This document shows positions 11,321 through 24,666 of a stretch of DNA of 64,000 bases, piece by piece. Numbering within the stretch: the first letter of the stretch is position 1; each line of letters opens with the position of its first letter. The stretch is from NCBI RefSeq assembly GCF_018350175.1, contig NC_058368.1, forward strand, positions 163,062,001 to 163,126,000. Direction: 5' to 3'. The stretch is from Felis catus. Its lineage: Eukaryota. The notes beneath the pieces are model-generated. The model ran no database searches. It saw only the letters and a program-made list of their open reading frames with translations, and was not told where the DNA came from. The translations under genes were made by a program, and so were the position numbers.

Positions 11321-12833
11321 GATAAAGGTGAGTTAGAATGGGCAGACAGATAGAAAGAAGGGGGGAGAAGTTTAATTCAGTTTTTAACTCAGTCCAATCG
11401 GAAAATCTAAGTAGTTTCTATAAATAGCAATGTTTACTCTTTCTTGGACAAAAAAGTTCCATTTTGCAAACATTCTCCCTGTTCGCAGGGTCTTTTCCCA
11501 AGGTGATGCCTAATGTATGCTGGGAACAATTAGTTGAACTTGTGGCGAGGAGAAGGATCAGGGTCCTCAGGCACAAAGCTTTCTGGTCTCTGGGATGACA
11601 TCCTTATCTACATGAAAGCACCTACCTCTTCTGACACTCTCACCTAAAACTTGTGTTTAGTGAAACTCGGGTCTATCATGCGCAGGACAGAAGTTAACTG
11701 GACCTCACCTCAGATCCCATTCCTAACAACTCTCAATATTTTTCTTCCAACCTCTAGGTCCATTGGCTCATCCCCAGCCAGCTTCTGTTGCTATGATAGA
11801 CTTGCTGGCTTAATTCTGCATTAATGCCCCATTGGAATCCTAAGCTTCACAGCCTCCTTCTTCACTATTGACCAATATCACTGATGTGGCCTAACTTCCA
11901 AAATGGTACAGGTTCCACCAGACAGGTGACCACTTTTCAGATTCCCACATGAATAACATGACACCTTTCCCTATTCCTTTCCCTTCCTCCCCTCTCTACT
12001 CCCAAACCTATGGGTCCTCTGTGACTTATCTCACACCCTCTGCACTTGGAGAGAACAAATCCTTCTTCTTGGTTTCTTTGCAACCTCTAACAAAATTTCC
12101 AGGACAGGAAAGGGTCCCTTCTTGTATTTTATATACATATCTCTCTATCATTAAGAACCATCTTCCAGCTCTGTTATCAAAGGCAAAAGGGAATTCTCTC
12201 TTCTACAGAAGAATACTCTAAGCAGACTCCTACAACCTTAAGAGCAAATTATTAAGAGCAGGAAGGGAATAAAAAAAATGGGAAATCCTGTCTTAAGTCA
12301 ATTGTCCTGGCTATTGTGTTCCTTTATTATCGTTTTAACAAAGCAGAAGTTATTTATTCTTTGTCTTTGTATTCCTTTTCCAGCAAACTTTGATATCTCC
12401 CTAGACATTTGGACTGCTTGAGCTGACCAGGACAGAAAGGGAGGAGTACAATAATACTTTTAAAAATATTAGTATTATTCCATAATTTATTTTATTTATG
12501 ACTGTGCGATATGGATGGAGCTGAAGGTGTAAATCCATTTTGGGGTAACTTCAATAGTCTTATGAGTATAGCAGCCCTTTGCATTTCAGACAGAGTTTGT
12601 CAGTGTGGATGCTCAGATTAGGGAAGGACATAGCTCTGGTCACAGACCTTGTAGTAATACTTAATAAAAGTGACTAATGTTTTCCCAAGTCTCTGAATCT
12701 GTGTCACCATATCAGATTTAAGCCTCTTAGGGAAGAAATAAGAATAATTTGGAGAAAACAGTATCTCAGCCCAGAAAGTTCCAAGTAGACTCTTTTTTCC
12801 ATCATTCATTATTATCTCCTCTGGGTCATTATA

Positions 12834-12873
12834 TATGTATTTTTTAACATTTACTTATTTTTGAGAGAGAGAA

Positions 12874-12911
<38 letters not shown>

Positions 12912-13074
12912 CATGAATGGGGGAGGGGCTAAGAGAGAGGAGGAAGACACAGAAACTGAAGCAGGCTCCAGGGTCTGAGCTGTCAGCACAGAGCCCAATG
13001 TGGGGCTCAAACCCACGAACTATGGGCTGAAACTGAAGTCAGATGCTCAACTGACTGAGCCACCCAGGTGTCCT
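12834..13074 (-). mobile_element. CAN-SINE
   Basis: Reverse SINE with a (GA)n tract. 17-bp TSD TCCTCTGGGTCATTATA at 12817-12833 and 13076-13092. Confidence 0.95.
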
Positions 13075-14869
13075 ATCCTCTGGGTCATTATAAACTGCAT
13101 TAGATTCCATTCATATCAAGCCCTGGATAATGGGTCAATTATAATATTAAGTTATAATTATTTTTAATTCCCAAGTGTGTGTTTATTATTAAAGGAATTC
13201 TCACTCTTCTTTTAAAAATGTGTTCTCAGTTGAGTCTAGTGATAAATTTTTACTTATAGTAATCAACAAAAAAAGATTTAGAGTAACGATTGATGGTACA
13301 TTCATCTAGAGACAGGCATTCATGGGATTTAATTCAAACAGGAAAGTTTTCAGACTTCCATATATATATATGTATGTATCTAGCAGAAATAATTCCCTCA
13401 AGAGCTGTGAATTTCAAATGTGTTATCTCCACTGGCTTATTGATAATACTGTCTGGTGGGCATCGATGAGTCACACAAGGGTTGTAACAGATTCCTGTCT
13501 TTCCTTAAATGTCTTGTTCCAGTTTATATCAATCTAGCAAGGTGGAAAACAACTCACGCATACAAACCTTAGGCTGATGTAGCAGCTGAGTTTTATGTGT
13601 ATGACTAAAGTTCTAAATATTTAATGTACAGGGTTCTTTCTAATTTCAGAAGAAATAGGAAAGCAGTGTTCCTGAAATCCCACAAGCTAGTCTATCATTT
13701 TAAATCCAAAAATGAAGGATTATGGTTCAAATGACTTCAAGTTAGCATTAGATGGCTCAGAAGAAATAAAACCATTTCAGAGAAAACCACACTTTTTTTG
13801 GAAGAAAGAGAAAAAATTTTCAAGTGTGTGTTTTATTTGCTAAAGAGTAGCCATAATATTTCCCATGATCAGAAGAGCATGACATAAAGCTCAATAGCAT
13901 GATGAAAAACAAATTCATCCCTCAGAAATGAGGTGTGATACTTTTTACTGGACAACTTAGAACTTGGAAATGTTTTCCTATAAAAAATTAATATATTGTA
14001 GTAATAAATTAGAAATTTTCAAGTAGTGTATACATTATATATAAATAATATAAAATGTTAATATATTATTACCATATTAATATATAATCATTAATATACA
14101 TACAGTTTCTCCTTAAGCTCTCACATCTATTGCAATGTGTAGTCTACTTCCATATGTTTAATTTTATGATAAAAGAGTATGAGAAACATAAAATATTTAC
14201 TGAACAAATGTAGTAGATTCAGCTCTAAAAATTTCCTAGGTCTGAACCTCAACAAAATAGCCATATATTATATATATTGCTCCTTTGGTCTCTTAGCTGT
14301 GTCTACCTGGAAAACCAAATGCCCCAAAACCTACATGAAAAAATATGTTAAAACTGGTTAGAATCATTTACTGTGAAAATCCATGTCTGCCTCTAGGTAA
14401 TAGGGACTGATTAGGCATGAAAAGCAGCAGAAGATTGCCAGCTTCCTTCTTAGAAGATTATCAGAGTGCAGGGCCTCAGGGATCTTTGACTAAAGCATGC
14501 AAAATAAGGATTTATTTTGGTAGCATCAAGCCTATCTATTCAGATAATACTAGGGTATTTGGGCTAGCCAAACAGTAACATTCCAGTGTTTTTAAAAAGA
14601 AAATACTCTACATTATTAGAAGCTTGCATCTCACAAATAATTCAGGAACTAGTTTTCAACATGTTTCTTAAATCACATTTAAGGCACTAAATTCTACAAA
14701 TAAGTCTAATCAATATAAAATGAACACATTTTAATGACATTTAAAATGTAAAGCAACATTGAAATCTGAGGCTGAGCCAGATACAGACTTAACATTGACT
14801 AAACTGTTTCAAATGCTACGTCTTTAAATTAATTTATGTTGAACGCAATGGGTACCAGAGTCAATTCTG

Positions 14870-14883
14870 GTTGCTATGACAAC
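14870..14883. promoter_or_regulatory. RFX X-box motif
   Basis: GTTGCTATGACAAC versus the palindromic consensus GTTGCCATGGCAAC, in sequence where I see no repeat. Confidence 0.45.
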
Positions 14884-17800
14884 AGACACTGAAAATTTAA
14901 AGATCCAGCAGCAGGCTCAATTCCCTGCAAAGAGGGCAATTTTACATTAAAATTACATACCACTGCAACAGTTTTGATGAAACATGTTAAACAGATACAC
15001 ATGCGAGCCATCTTTTTTAAAGACAATTTCATTAGTGTATGTTAGATACCATGTTTATCATTTTAACTTAAATTTCCTCCTAGTTAGATTTAAAGAGTGA
15101 ATTAGAATCTAAATTTCAGAAAGAAGCAACCAATTTTCAAAATGCTACACTAGGGAAAGGAAAAATATTTAAACTAACCATGTAATAAAAAACAGTATAG
15201 AGTATAAGTCTGTATTATTTGCTTTGCAAATGTATCCTTGGCTGGTGGGCCACACTTATAAGATGGAAACTTGAAAAAATAAAAACAAAAGAAGGATATG
15301 CACTCATACGAATCGCTGAAATTTTTAGCTTGATCAAATGCATTACGTTTTCTCTAAAGAGTCTTAATTGGCTGTAAAATTACTGGATTTGAAAATGATT
15401 GTGTTTTGTATCATTCCAATACAGTTTTTATGAGGTCAGGGCTCATCAATTCTACTAAACAAACATACCCACTCATGTAGCCCAAAAAACAGTCACCTGG
15501 TGTATATAAACCAAATGGAGGGAGATGAGATGTGAGGGGCTGTCAATCAATGCGTGCCAAAGAGGAGTGGAAGGTGGAGATCTCAGGAAGTGACACTCCT
15601 CCCTATGTCTCCTTCCAATGGAGCACAAAGGGCAAGGAAAATGACTACTGGGTTATAGTTAAATGCACATCATGATAGCCCGGGATCCCAATCTGTCTTC
15701 AAAACACTTATATGAAACATAGAGATTTCCTTTTTTGTGTGTTCATATTACAATTTTTAAATTAGATTGTTTAATCAAGTTTCATGTTTTTCATATCTAG
15801 TTTGAAGAAACAGGAGATGAGGAAGATTATAAAAAGGAAAGAATTATTTCCCTCTCCTTAAGTAGGCTCCCTATACTAAAGATTTCCTTAACATACAAGA
15901 ATTCTAAGTCTACAAAAGATCTCAAGTATCTAAGGAATATGTATTCAGTTCATTGATCCTATTTTTTATAATTTAGAGGGATGCCTGAAAGTTCCATTTT
16001 ATTTGCCATCCAAACTTTCTTATTCCACAAGGCAAGAATTAAAAGGAAAGAAAACACTATTTGAATCCAAAATATGCAATGTCCTTGGAATACAGACTGT
16101 GGAGACAAAAATCAATAAGAATGTCCACATTTCAAATAAATTTTAAAGAGATGGAAAATCAAACTATTTTAATACGTGAAATCTAATATTGCTTCTCCAA
16201 TTTAAAATTATAGGATATTAATCAGGTTGAAAACATGTTTATCCTCAGGATAAATGTTACTCATGACAATTCAACGGAAGAACATTTTTCTGTTAAAAAA
16301 CACACAGGGTCAAAAACATTAAAATTCATTCATGTTATATAAGTTTTCATTTGTTTCTTTTTAAGTGGTTTGAAAATAAAGACTACTAAGATCCAGTGCA
16401 TAGAGAACTATAAACATGATTCTAATTTTTATTTTTAAAACTACGTGTTTATATAATCTACATAGAATAGTGTGTTCCATTAAAACCATCCTTCATGCTT
16501 CAAGAGTCCTCCTTAGGTATTTATAGGCCTTGGGATAAGGTCCAACTGTTAAGTGTTTGCAATGACTTTTCACACATTCCTGTTTATCAGCAACAACAGA
16601 GATGTGCTACATGGCATAAGAAATTATTTTTATATAATTTGTACCTCTTAAAAGTCATTCAGTGTCCTTGTACATTAAACAATACAAAGATGTTTAACAT
16701 TACTAATTCAGAGTCACAGTTGAAGAGATATATTGCCTCCCTTTAATCATTAAAAAAAAAAATCAACATGTTTTGAACAACTGCCATGACCAAGGCATAT
16801 AAAGGGTATAGTTTAATAGAGGGGATAAGACCAACACTGTGATTTATCATGAATGCAAACAATGCTGAGAGAAGGTAGGAAAATCATTTTTGTCTGAATG
16901 TTTCAGAAAAGATTTTCAGGAAGAAGTGGGATTTGTTCTATAGCTTGAATTTTCAGTATAAAGGGAACAGATGGAAAAGAAGAACCTTTGGGGAAGTAGG
17001 GCCAGTACAAAGACACAATAGGGGAACATGTCCTCTGTTCCAGAGATCCTAAATGGATCCGCTATTGGAGACCCTGTCTAAGAAAATTTCAAATCCCAGT
17101 CTGAGGGACATAGAATTTGATTCTTTAGGCAGGAAGATTTTGGAATAAGCAAATGGCAAAATGTATGATTTTCTTCAGTAAAATTCATATGGCATCAGTC
17201 TAGATGGACTGCAGTGGGAAGACATGAGTTGAGGATACTAGTTAGAAAACTTGGTCTAAGCAAAATGAAAACAGACCTAGAGTAAAGTGATAGTAGGAAA
17301 GATAGGACAAAGGGCATTTAGAAACGTTGCAGAGGTCAAATGAAGAGGATTTGGTAAAGGCCAATTTGATGTGGTCATCTTTAAAGGTTAAGAGATATGA
17401 TATGTTAAAGAACATGAATATATCAGAGTAGAAAATGTTAAATCACACTGCATTTTGGAAGTACAGAGTAAATAATAATGTCTTAATTTGTCTTTAGATG
17501 ATGAGGTCTTTCTTTTGATTGCCCACCCTCACTCCTTTGCTAATTAAGATGGAAAAAAAGGTGAACTAAATAGCCAATTCTTTAAAGCTTAATAAAATCC
17601 AATAATTTAAATAGTCCCTTTAGGTAGTACATAGTCTCCATGGGATAAAAAAACATGTTCCTTCTCTTAGATCATCTCACTTACTCTCTTCTTTAATATG
17701 GATGTATGAGTGGAGGTATACAAAGACCTTGTTATATGACCTTGTAGAGTTGAGGAACTATGGAGTCCTATGCTATCTTTTTATCCTCTGGTCCTTAGGT

Positions 17801-19449
17801 AGTGACTCTGGTCTGTCTTATCTTAGGCCCTGCAGACCTCCAGTGCAGAAGCCCAGAAAGTTTTGAATTTGGATTTAATTCTCTCAGTTCAAGTGCTGTT
17901 CTTGGTGATGGTTCCTGGGTATCCTGTATCCTAAGCTCACTTAAGCTTCCACTATGAACCCATGAGATGTGTGCCTTGGATTTCCATGCAACTCCAGCTT
18001 AGACTGTCCATTCAGCAGCCCTTGCTATGAAACTGCCTTGCCCCTGCTGCTCCAAACTACTCTGGAAAGCTGCAAAATTAGACTTTTATTTTTACCTTGA
18101 GGAAAACAAGGATAGGTTGAGATAGCTGAATATCAGGACCTGAGTGACTGGCTGAGCACTGTAGAGACTACCAAATTTAACTGAATCTGACTGCAACCTA
18201 GGTCAATATGGGCAGTCTGCTAGATGACATGGGACAAAAAGAGTCCTCTTACTAATGTAACTGTCCTTCTCTAGGCCAACTCCGAGTAAGTGAAAATCTA
18301 GGCAGACATCTAAATGTGTCTTCTCCTGGCCTGTCTCTCTTATTCTTCTTATAATATTGCAGAGCCAGAGACACAACTTTTCATTTACGTCTTTTATATC
18401 ATTGCCTCTTTCTCTCAAGCTCCATTTAACCCCAATGATGGACAAAGGCCAAGGCCTCCAGCTCTGTTGTTAACATGGTAGCATATTAACAACATGGAAC
18501 AAGAAATTCTGTGGGTTATTTGGCAACAGAGGAAACCAAAGGAGCTCAGAAAATCTGTTCTCAGTGATATTAGTCTGCTGTGTGATCCCATTTTGCATGT
18601 CAAAAGCTGAATATTTTTTAGATACTTTAATCTCCCAGAGAAATGGACCTCAGGTGGACCAGTTGGAAAATCCTTACTGGGAAAAATAATAGAAAAATTA
18701 CATTAAATACCATTCAAAATGTTACTCATGCTACCAATGGATTTTTAGTAATCTGTGCAATTAATATTACATAGCACTTCTAAAATGAATAATTATGGAT
18801 ACTTCAAAAATAATTATGGATACATTCAAAAATGCTACTTGAAAATGGATACTCATTCAGGACTTTAAATGACATCTATGTTTGTTGTATATAGAGACTG
18901 AATAAACACTTTGGTGCTATGTCTATGGCCAGGTGTGAAAACAGGATCAGAGGGTTTGTTGTTTTATTCAGTAGGTGAAGTAATTCAGTAAATTTAAAAT
19001 GTTAGTGAATTGACTGACCATCTGATACATATACTGAAGTTTTTAAAGAGGAAGAAGAAAAAGGTTAGCAATGGAAACATTTAATTCATGTTGATAACAC
19101 TTGCCCCAGTGCCTTTTTCTTTCTTTGTTCTGTTTTCCTCCTATTTCCTCCTATTCCTTTTTCATTCAGTCTGGGTACCCACAAATATATCTTCCTTCAT
19201 TTCTCATTTACCTGTGATTCTCCCCAACACAAAGATATAAAACACCACCCAAAATGCAAACTTTAATTGTATGAGTCTCCACAAAATTCCAGAGAGATAT
19301 GGGAAGTACAGAATATCCATTCTATTTAAAAGAAAAATTCAACTTCCTTTGGCTGAAACTTCCATATCTTATTAAATACCCTCTGAAGGAAGGCAGTATG
19401 ACAATTTAATGACATATAAGACATAAATTTATGTGCCACTCCATTGTAA

Positions 19450-19710
19450 TACAGTGGAACAGAAAGCCAATAAACTTTAGATCACAGGACTACCTGTTGC
19501 TCCAGCCCTGTTATTTACAATCTGTTTAACCTTAGTGAAAATACTTAAACTTTCTGTGCCTCCATTTCCTCTTCTGTAAAATAAGAATGACAGTATCTAT
19601 ACTGATTTCACAAGATGGCTGACAGAATCAAAACTAAGATTAGGTATTGCTGCTGAAAATTCTTTGTAAATTTCAGTGTGCTACAGACACAGTTGAGCAT
19701 TATTATTTTT
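19450..19710 (+). mobile_element. MIR
   Basis: Core ACTTAAACTTTCTGTGCCTCCATTTCCTCTTCTGTAAAATAAGAATGA. Confidence 0.7.
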
Positions 19711-19721
19711 ATCTCCATACC

Positions 19722-20178
19722 TGTAGCTGGTGTTGAGGTATGTGGCACCATATTGCCTCGGCACTCATTTCTATACACCCTAGGCTTCTCACAGAAAAGA
19801 CCTATGGATATTTGGTCATAGAGAAAGCTTGGCCCACTCCAGACAAGCAGGAAGTACGAGTTACTGAACTCAGAAGTAGCCATCAACCAATAATGAATGA
19901 AGGATTGGTCAATAGAACACCTCAGCTTTCTTTTCGCTCCGCTGGAATAATTTGAGGTGCACCTTCTACAAGGCCTCCTAGAGTTCCCCAGGGGGAATGG
20001 ACACCAGTTTAATGACAGCAGTCACTTGCTTGATGAAAAACTCTTTATTGGTTTCTTTTCCTTCCCTGTCTGACTTGCCCACTCCCCTGCCGCTATTTCC
20101 TGGGATGACCTTGAATAAACCACTTACACTAGAATCCTTGTCTCACAGTATGCTTCACAGGGAAACCAAACAGAGGAA
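19722..20178 (+). mobile_element. ERVL LTR (LTR16-like)
   Basis: Starts TGTAG. Contains CAACCAATAA, TTTATTGGTTTCTTTTCCTTCCCTGTCT and AATAAACCACTTACACTAGAATCCTTGTCTCA, and ends in GGGAAACCAAA. Confidence 0.7.
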
Positions 20179-20719
20179 GTATCTCTTGACCAGGACTTGC
20201 CTTCTTTGTCTGCCTGGGAGAAATCTTTGAAGCCTGGCAGCCTAAATCACACAGGAATTCAAGTCTGAAGTATTCCGATTTCTCCCTTTTAATCCTTCAG
20301 TTGAAACCAGAATGACAAATTTTCCATTAATAAAATACAGTGGGTGATTTCTTCCCCCCTGGATGACTCACTATGCAGGCTAGCAGACCAAAAGCATTCC
20401 CAGACCATTTTGAGGTCAGCAAGGTCTCACTCAGCCTATCCTAACAGGCTCATACTTCAAATCAACAGGTATTTCTACATATGCCCAAACCTGTTTTATA
20501 TAGAACAACAACTTCAACTAAGTAGCTAAAGATCTTCACCACCTAGGGGCCACAGAATTCTAAAAGTACTAAGTTCCCAAGAGTCATTAGTCTAAATTTC
20601 ATGTTGCCTTCACATTTATACAAAAAGCAGCATTACTAAACCTTTCTTTTTTGATTAACAAAACACACTTTCTCAAAATACTTTTTTAAGTGCTTATTTT
20701 AACTGAAAATCTCTTCTTA

Positions 20720-20930
20720 ACTATGAAGTTAGGAAGACCTAACTTCAAGTTCTGACTGCCACTCTCACTAGCTGTGACACTAGGCACATTACTTACCCCT
20801 CTAGACCTCTATTTCTTCCTTCTGTCCCTTAGAAACAATCAAAGTACCTAGATTTTACAGAGGCCCTGAGGAACAAATGAAATAAGCTTTGTACAGCCTG
20901 ACACATAGTAAGTGTTCATGTTTGTTCATT
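20720..20930 (+). mobile_element. MIR
   Basis: CACTAGCTGTGACACTAGGCACATTACTTACCCCTCT...CCTGACACATAGTAAGTGTTCA. Confidence 0.6.
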
Positions 20931-22033
20931 AAAAGGGAATCTGAAAATACTTCATTCATGTATTCAATTAACATTTATCAAGCATTTGTTTATTGCTAGA
21001 CCCTGTGATGAAAAAAATACAATCTTTCCCTTACCTTCAGGAGCTGTCTACTGGGGAGACAGATATACTTTTTAAGTGAATAATTAAAACGTATAACACA
21101 TTATATTATACTCAATGCACTATTGCACATTAGCATTAAATTGGTTGATTACAATGGAAACTATTTTTTCTTGAAAACAGCAACAGTAAAAGTGCTATCC
21201 ACAAATTCTATGCTTAATGGGCCACGGTAGTATTCAGATACTTGTATTTACTTATCCTATATTCAGCAATGAAATTTCATAACCTTGCAATTCTTTGAGA
21301 ACCATTCTCTGTCTACTGTCAGAAAGTTAACATTTGAATGGTTAATACTGAGGAAAAGGAGAATGAGAGTATCATTCAACCGTGGGTCATGGTAAATGTG
21401 AAGAGAAGATTACAACCATGTAGGGTTTTGTAGTGGTCCAAGAGGAATGAATTGCTGGTCTGCCTAACTTATCATGTCACTCCACTAAAATCACCATCAG
21501 TGTCATGAACTGATATTGATTGGCTAAGTGCTTAGAGGCCTGGGAAGTTTAATATTCTCCTGCCAAAAATACCTAGTAATATGTTTTGTTGATGACAGTA
21601 GCAAAAGCTCACCCTGCTTCCTGGTCTACAAATTTCCAGCGTGTTTTCTTCTTGTCTAAGAATGTGTTTTGTGTATATATTGCATGCTCTTGACCCCGCT
21701 TCCCCCGAACCTGTTAATTTCCGCAGCTGGTCCTCACATGCCATTCCTCAGATGGGGACCTCACAGCATGTGCACCCTCTCAGACCTCTCTCACACCTCT
21801 CGAGGACGAGCAGGGTGCCATTGGCTGGGATTACTTGTGAAAGGAAGAGTCTGTTGATGAAGTGGCTCAGGCTCTGCCAGGAGGTTTAGTGAGGTATTTA
21901 ACTGAAACAACAAGAGATGTAGCTGACACTTATAACCCAATCATAACATGTTCATCTCATAACACCTGGCAATCAGACCCAATTTTTAAACTGTTTATGC
22001 CTGGTACCCTATAAGAATATCGCCAACTTTCTT

Positions 22034-22274
22034 TTCTTTTTTTAAAAAAAATTTTTAATGTTTATTTTTTATTTCTTTTTTTTTTGAGAGAGAGAAGAGA
22101 GACAGAGTGTGAGTGGGGGAGGGGCAGAGAGTGAAGGAGACACAGAATCTGAAGCAGGCTCCAGGCTCTGAGCTGTCTACGTAGAGCCTGGTGTGGAGCT
22201 CGAACTCATGAACCGTGAGATCATGACCTGAGCTATATTCAGACACCTAACAGACTAAGCCACCCAGGCACCCC
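22034..22274 (-). mobile_element. CAN-SINE
   Basis: Reverse SINE. 20-bp TSD AGAATATC(G/A)CCAACTTTCTT at 22014-22033 and 22275-22294. Confidence 0.95.
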
Positions 22275-22422
22275 AGAATATCACCAACTTTCTTAAAAGG
22301 ACGTCTCAGCACTGGGAAGGTCAACCAAGACTTCATCTTAACCTTGTCTTCTCATCTTTACAAAAGGGAATATTTAATTTTTTTTTAAAGAACCATTTGT
22401 CTATAAGACAAATGCATTTTTA

Positions 22423-22644
22423 TTTTTTTAATTTCAGTTATTTATTTTGAGAGAGAGAGAGAGAGAGCACCCATGTGTGAGCAAATGAGGGAGGGGCAGA
22501 GAGAGAGGAAGAGAGAATCCCAAGCAGGATCTGCACCGTCAGCATGGAGCTGGACGAAGGGCTCACACTTAGGAACCGAGAGATCATGATCTGAGCCGAA
22601 ATCAAGATTTGGACCCTTAACCAACTGAGCCACCCAGGCATCCC
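22423..22644 (-). mobile_element. CAN-SINE, older subfamily
   Basis: GAGAGAATCCCAAGCAGG variant. TSD ACAA(A/G)TGCATTTTTA at 22408-22422 and 22646-22660. Confidence 0.93.
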
Positions 22645-23469
22645 AACAAGTGCATTTTTAATAACGATTTACTCCTATTTTGAGAACAACTGTAACTTCC
22701 TTAATCTTAGTTCTTCAAATCTCAGAGAGATACCTTTTGTAATAACAAACGTGACTTTATTTCTGTTCTTAAAAAAAGTATTACATTTTCTTTTGATGAA
22801 GGATCACTCTACAATTAAACACTAAACTGACCATATTATCTTAATGCTAGATGTAGCTTTTCCTGAATGATTTCAGAATAAAGTTCTTATGTTTGGAGAA
22901 AATTTAGGATTAACTTTTCCAGTATAACTTACCCTGTCATGTTATATTCAACCAATTATTTATTGGGGTGGAAAAATACTAAAAGAACGAGGAAGAGTTG
23001 ACAAGAAGCCAAAGAACCAACACCACTGTGTTGTTGTTTTTGCTTTTTTTTAACTCACAAGAAAATCTAGGAAACAGGGCCCTGAATGACTAAAGGCCAG
23101 GACGTGCCAGTCTGTTGGCATGGCTCATCATGGTCTGTACCTCCAGCATGTCTTCCATAGAGTCATCAACGTGGCCTTCTTCACAGGGTGGTAGAGATTC
23201 AGATAAAGCATGGGTTACCCCAATACCTCATAGAGACAAAGTGAAGAACATTTGAAAAGTTGATGTAGGTGCAGGAAAGAAACATGATTGACTGAAACAA
23301 TTCAAGGTTATGACTAGCAACTCGAAGACAGATAACCTGTGAGAGGAAGAATTGGAAAGAGACGGCAGGCCACAGGCAGACCGTTGTTTACTCATTTCTT
23401 TGGAAAGTATGTCTAGATAACTGCTCTCGTGGTATCGGCACTGCTTACAGCGGAGACCCATCCACTTAG

Positions 23470-23590
23470 TGCAACTTTCATTTCACAAATTAGAAAACTG
23501 AAGCTCAATTTCCTCAAGATAACTCACTATTAAGTAATAGAGTTGGATTAGAATCCAAATTTTCTGCCTCCTGCCTCAGTTCCCTTTTCA
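23470..23590 (-). mobile_element. MIR fragment
   Basis: CATTTCACAAATTAGAAAACTGAAGCTCA...TAGAATCCAAAT. Confidence 0.55.
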
Positions 23591-23673
23591 TTCCATCAAG
23601 CTAAAGTACACCTAGAATCTCAATTGTTTTCTCATTAATTAAAAATAATTACGTTTAAAAAAATAATTACCTT

Positions 23674-23829
23674 GGGGTGCCTGGGTGTCTGACTCTTGGT
23701 TTCAGCTCAGGTAATGATCACACAGTGGTTTATGGCTTCAAGCCCCATGTCGGGTTCCATACTGACAGTGCAGAGCCTGCTTGGGATTCTCAATCTCTCC
23801 TTCCCTCTCTTCCCCTCCCCTGCTTGCTT

Positions 23830-23868
<39 letters not shown>

Positions 23869-23883
23869 ATAAATAAACAAAAA
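23674..23883 (+). mobile_element. CAN-SINE, older subfamily, with the A-box region deleted
   Basis: GGGGTGCCTGGGTG joined directly to TCTGACTCTTGG, then a (CT)n tract and AAATAAATAAAC tail. TSD core AATTACCT. Confidence 0.9.
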
Positions 23884-24285
23884 AATTACCTGCTTAATTG
23901 AGTACATGCTATGTTTTAGGAATTATAGTAGGAACTTTATCTAGAATTTACCAGTTAATTTCATAGTGACTTAAATGAGACAGGTACTATTACATCTGCA
24001 TTGCATGAGTAAAGTAATGCTCAATGACATTGAATTATGTGCGGCATAAAACTGAGCACCTAATAACTGACAGAACTGCCATTTAGATCTATGTCTCTAA
24101 TTCCACTAGAAATAAGAGGCAGATTGTGAAGATTAACTGTAGCCAAAAGATCTACATCTGCACCCTCCTTTATCTCTATTACAATGGTCTTAGTTCAAAA
24201 TCTTCTTGTTGCTTAGAATATTCCAACAGCTTTTTAGTTTTATACTCTCCCCTACAGTCCATCTTCTATATTTGCAACAGAATCA

Positions 24286-24666
24286 TTTTTATTGACTTCA
24301 GTTTTGTTAACATACAGTGTAATATTAGTCTCAGGTGTACAATATAGTGATTTAACATTTTTATACATTACTCAGGGCTCATCAGGTTAAGAGTAGTCTT
24401 CATCCCCATCACCTTTTTCACCCATCCCTCTACCCACCTCCCCTCTGGGAACCATCAGTTTGGTCTTAAATTCCACATATGAGTGAAATCATATGATATT
24501 TGTCTTTTTCTGACTGACTTATTTCGCTTAGCATTATACTCTCTAGATCCATCCATGTTGTTGCAAATGGTAAGATGTCATTCTTTTTTATGGCTGAGTA
24601 ATATTCCATTTTATGTATGTATATATGTATGTATGCATAACATGTATATATCACATCTTCTTTATC
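24286..24666 (-). mobile_element. 5'-truncated carnivore L1 3' end, inserted in an L2-like relic
   Basis: Reverse translation MEYYSAIKKNDILPFATTWMDLESIMLSEISQSEKDKYHMISLICGI is typical of the L1 3' region. TSD core CAACAGAAT at 24275-24283 and 24667-24675. Confidence 0.9.

Noticed and set aside
11370..12270. Possible ancient LTR; similar impressions near 17700-18200, 23050-23230 and 62250-62700
   Set aside because: The composition is suggestive, but I could not fix termini, TSDs or a family.
13980..14100. Extremely AT-rich tract as an origin or matrix-attachment element
   Set aside because: It is only low-complexity sequence, with no specific supporting signal.
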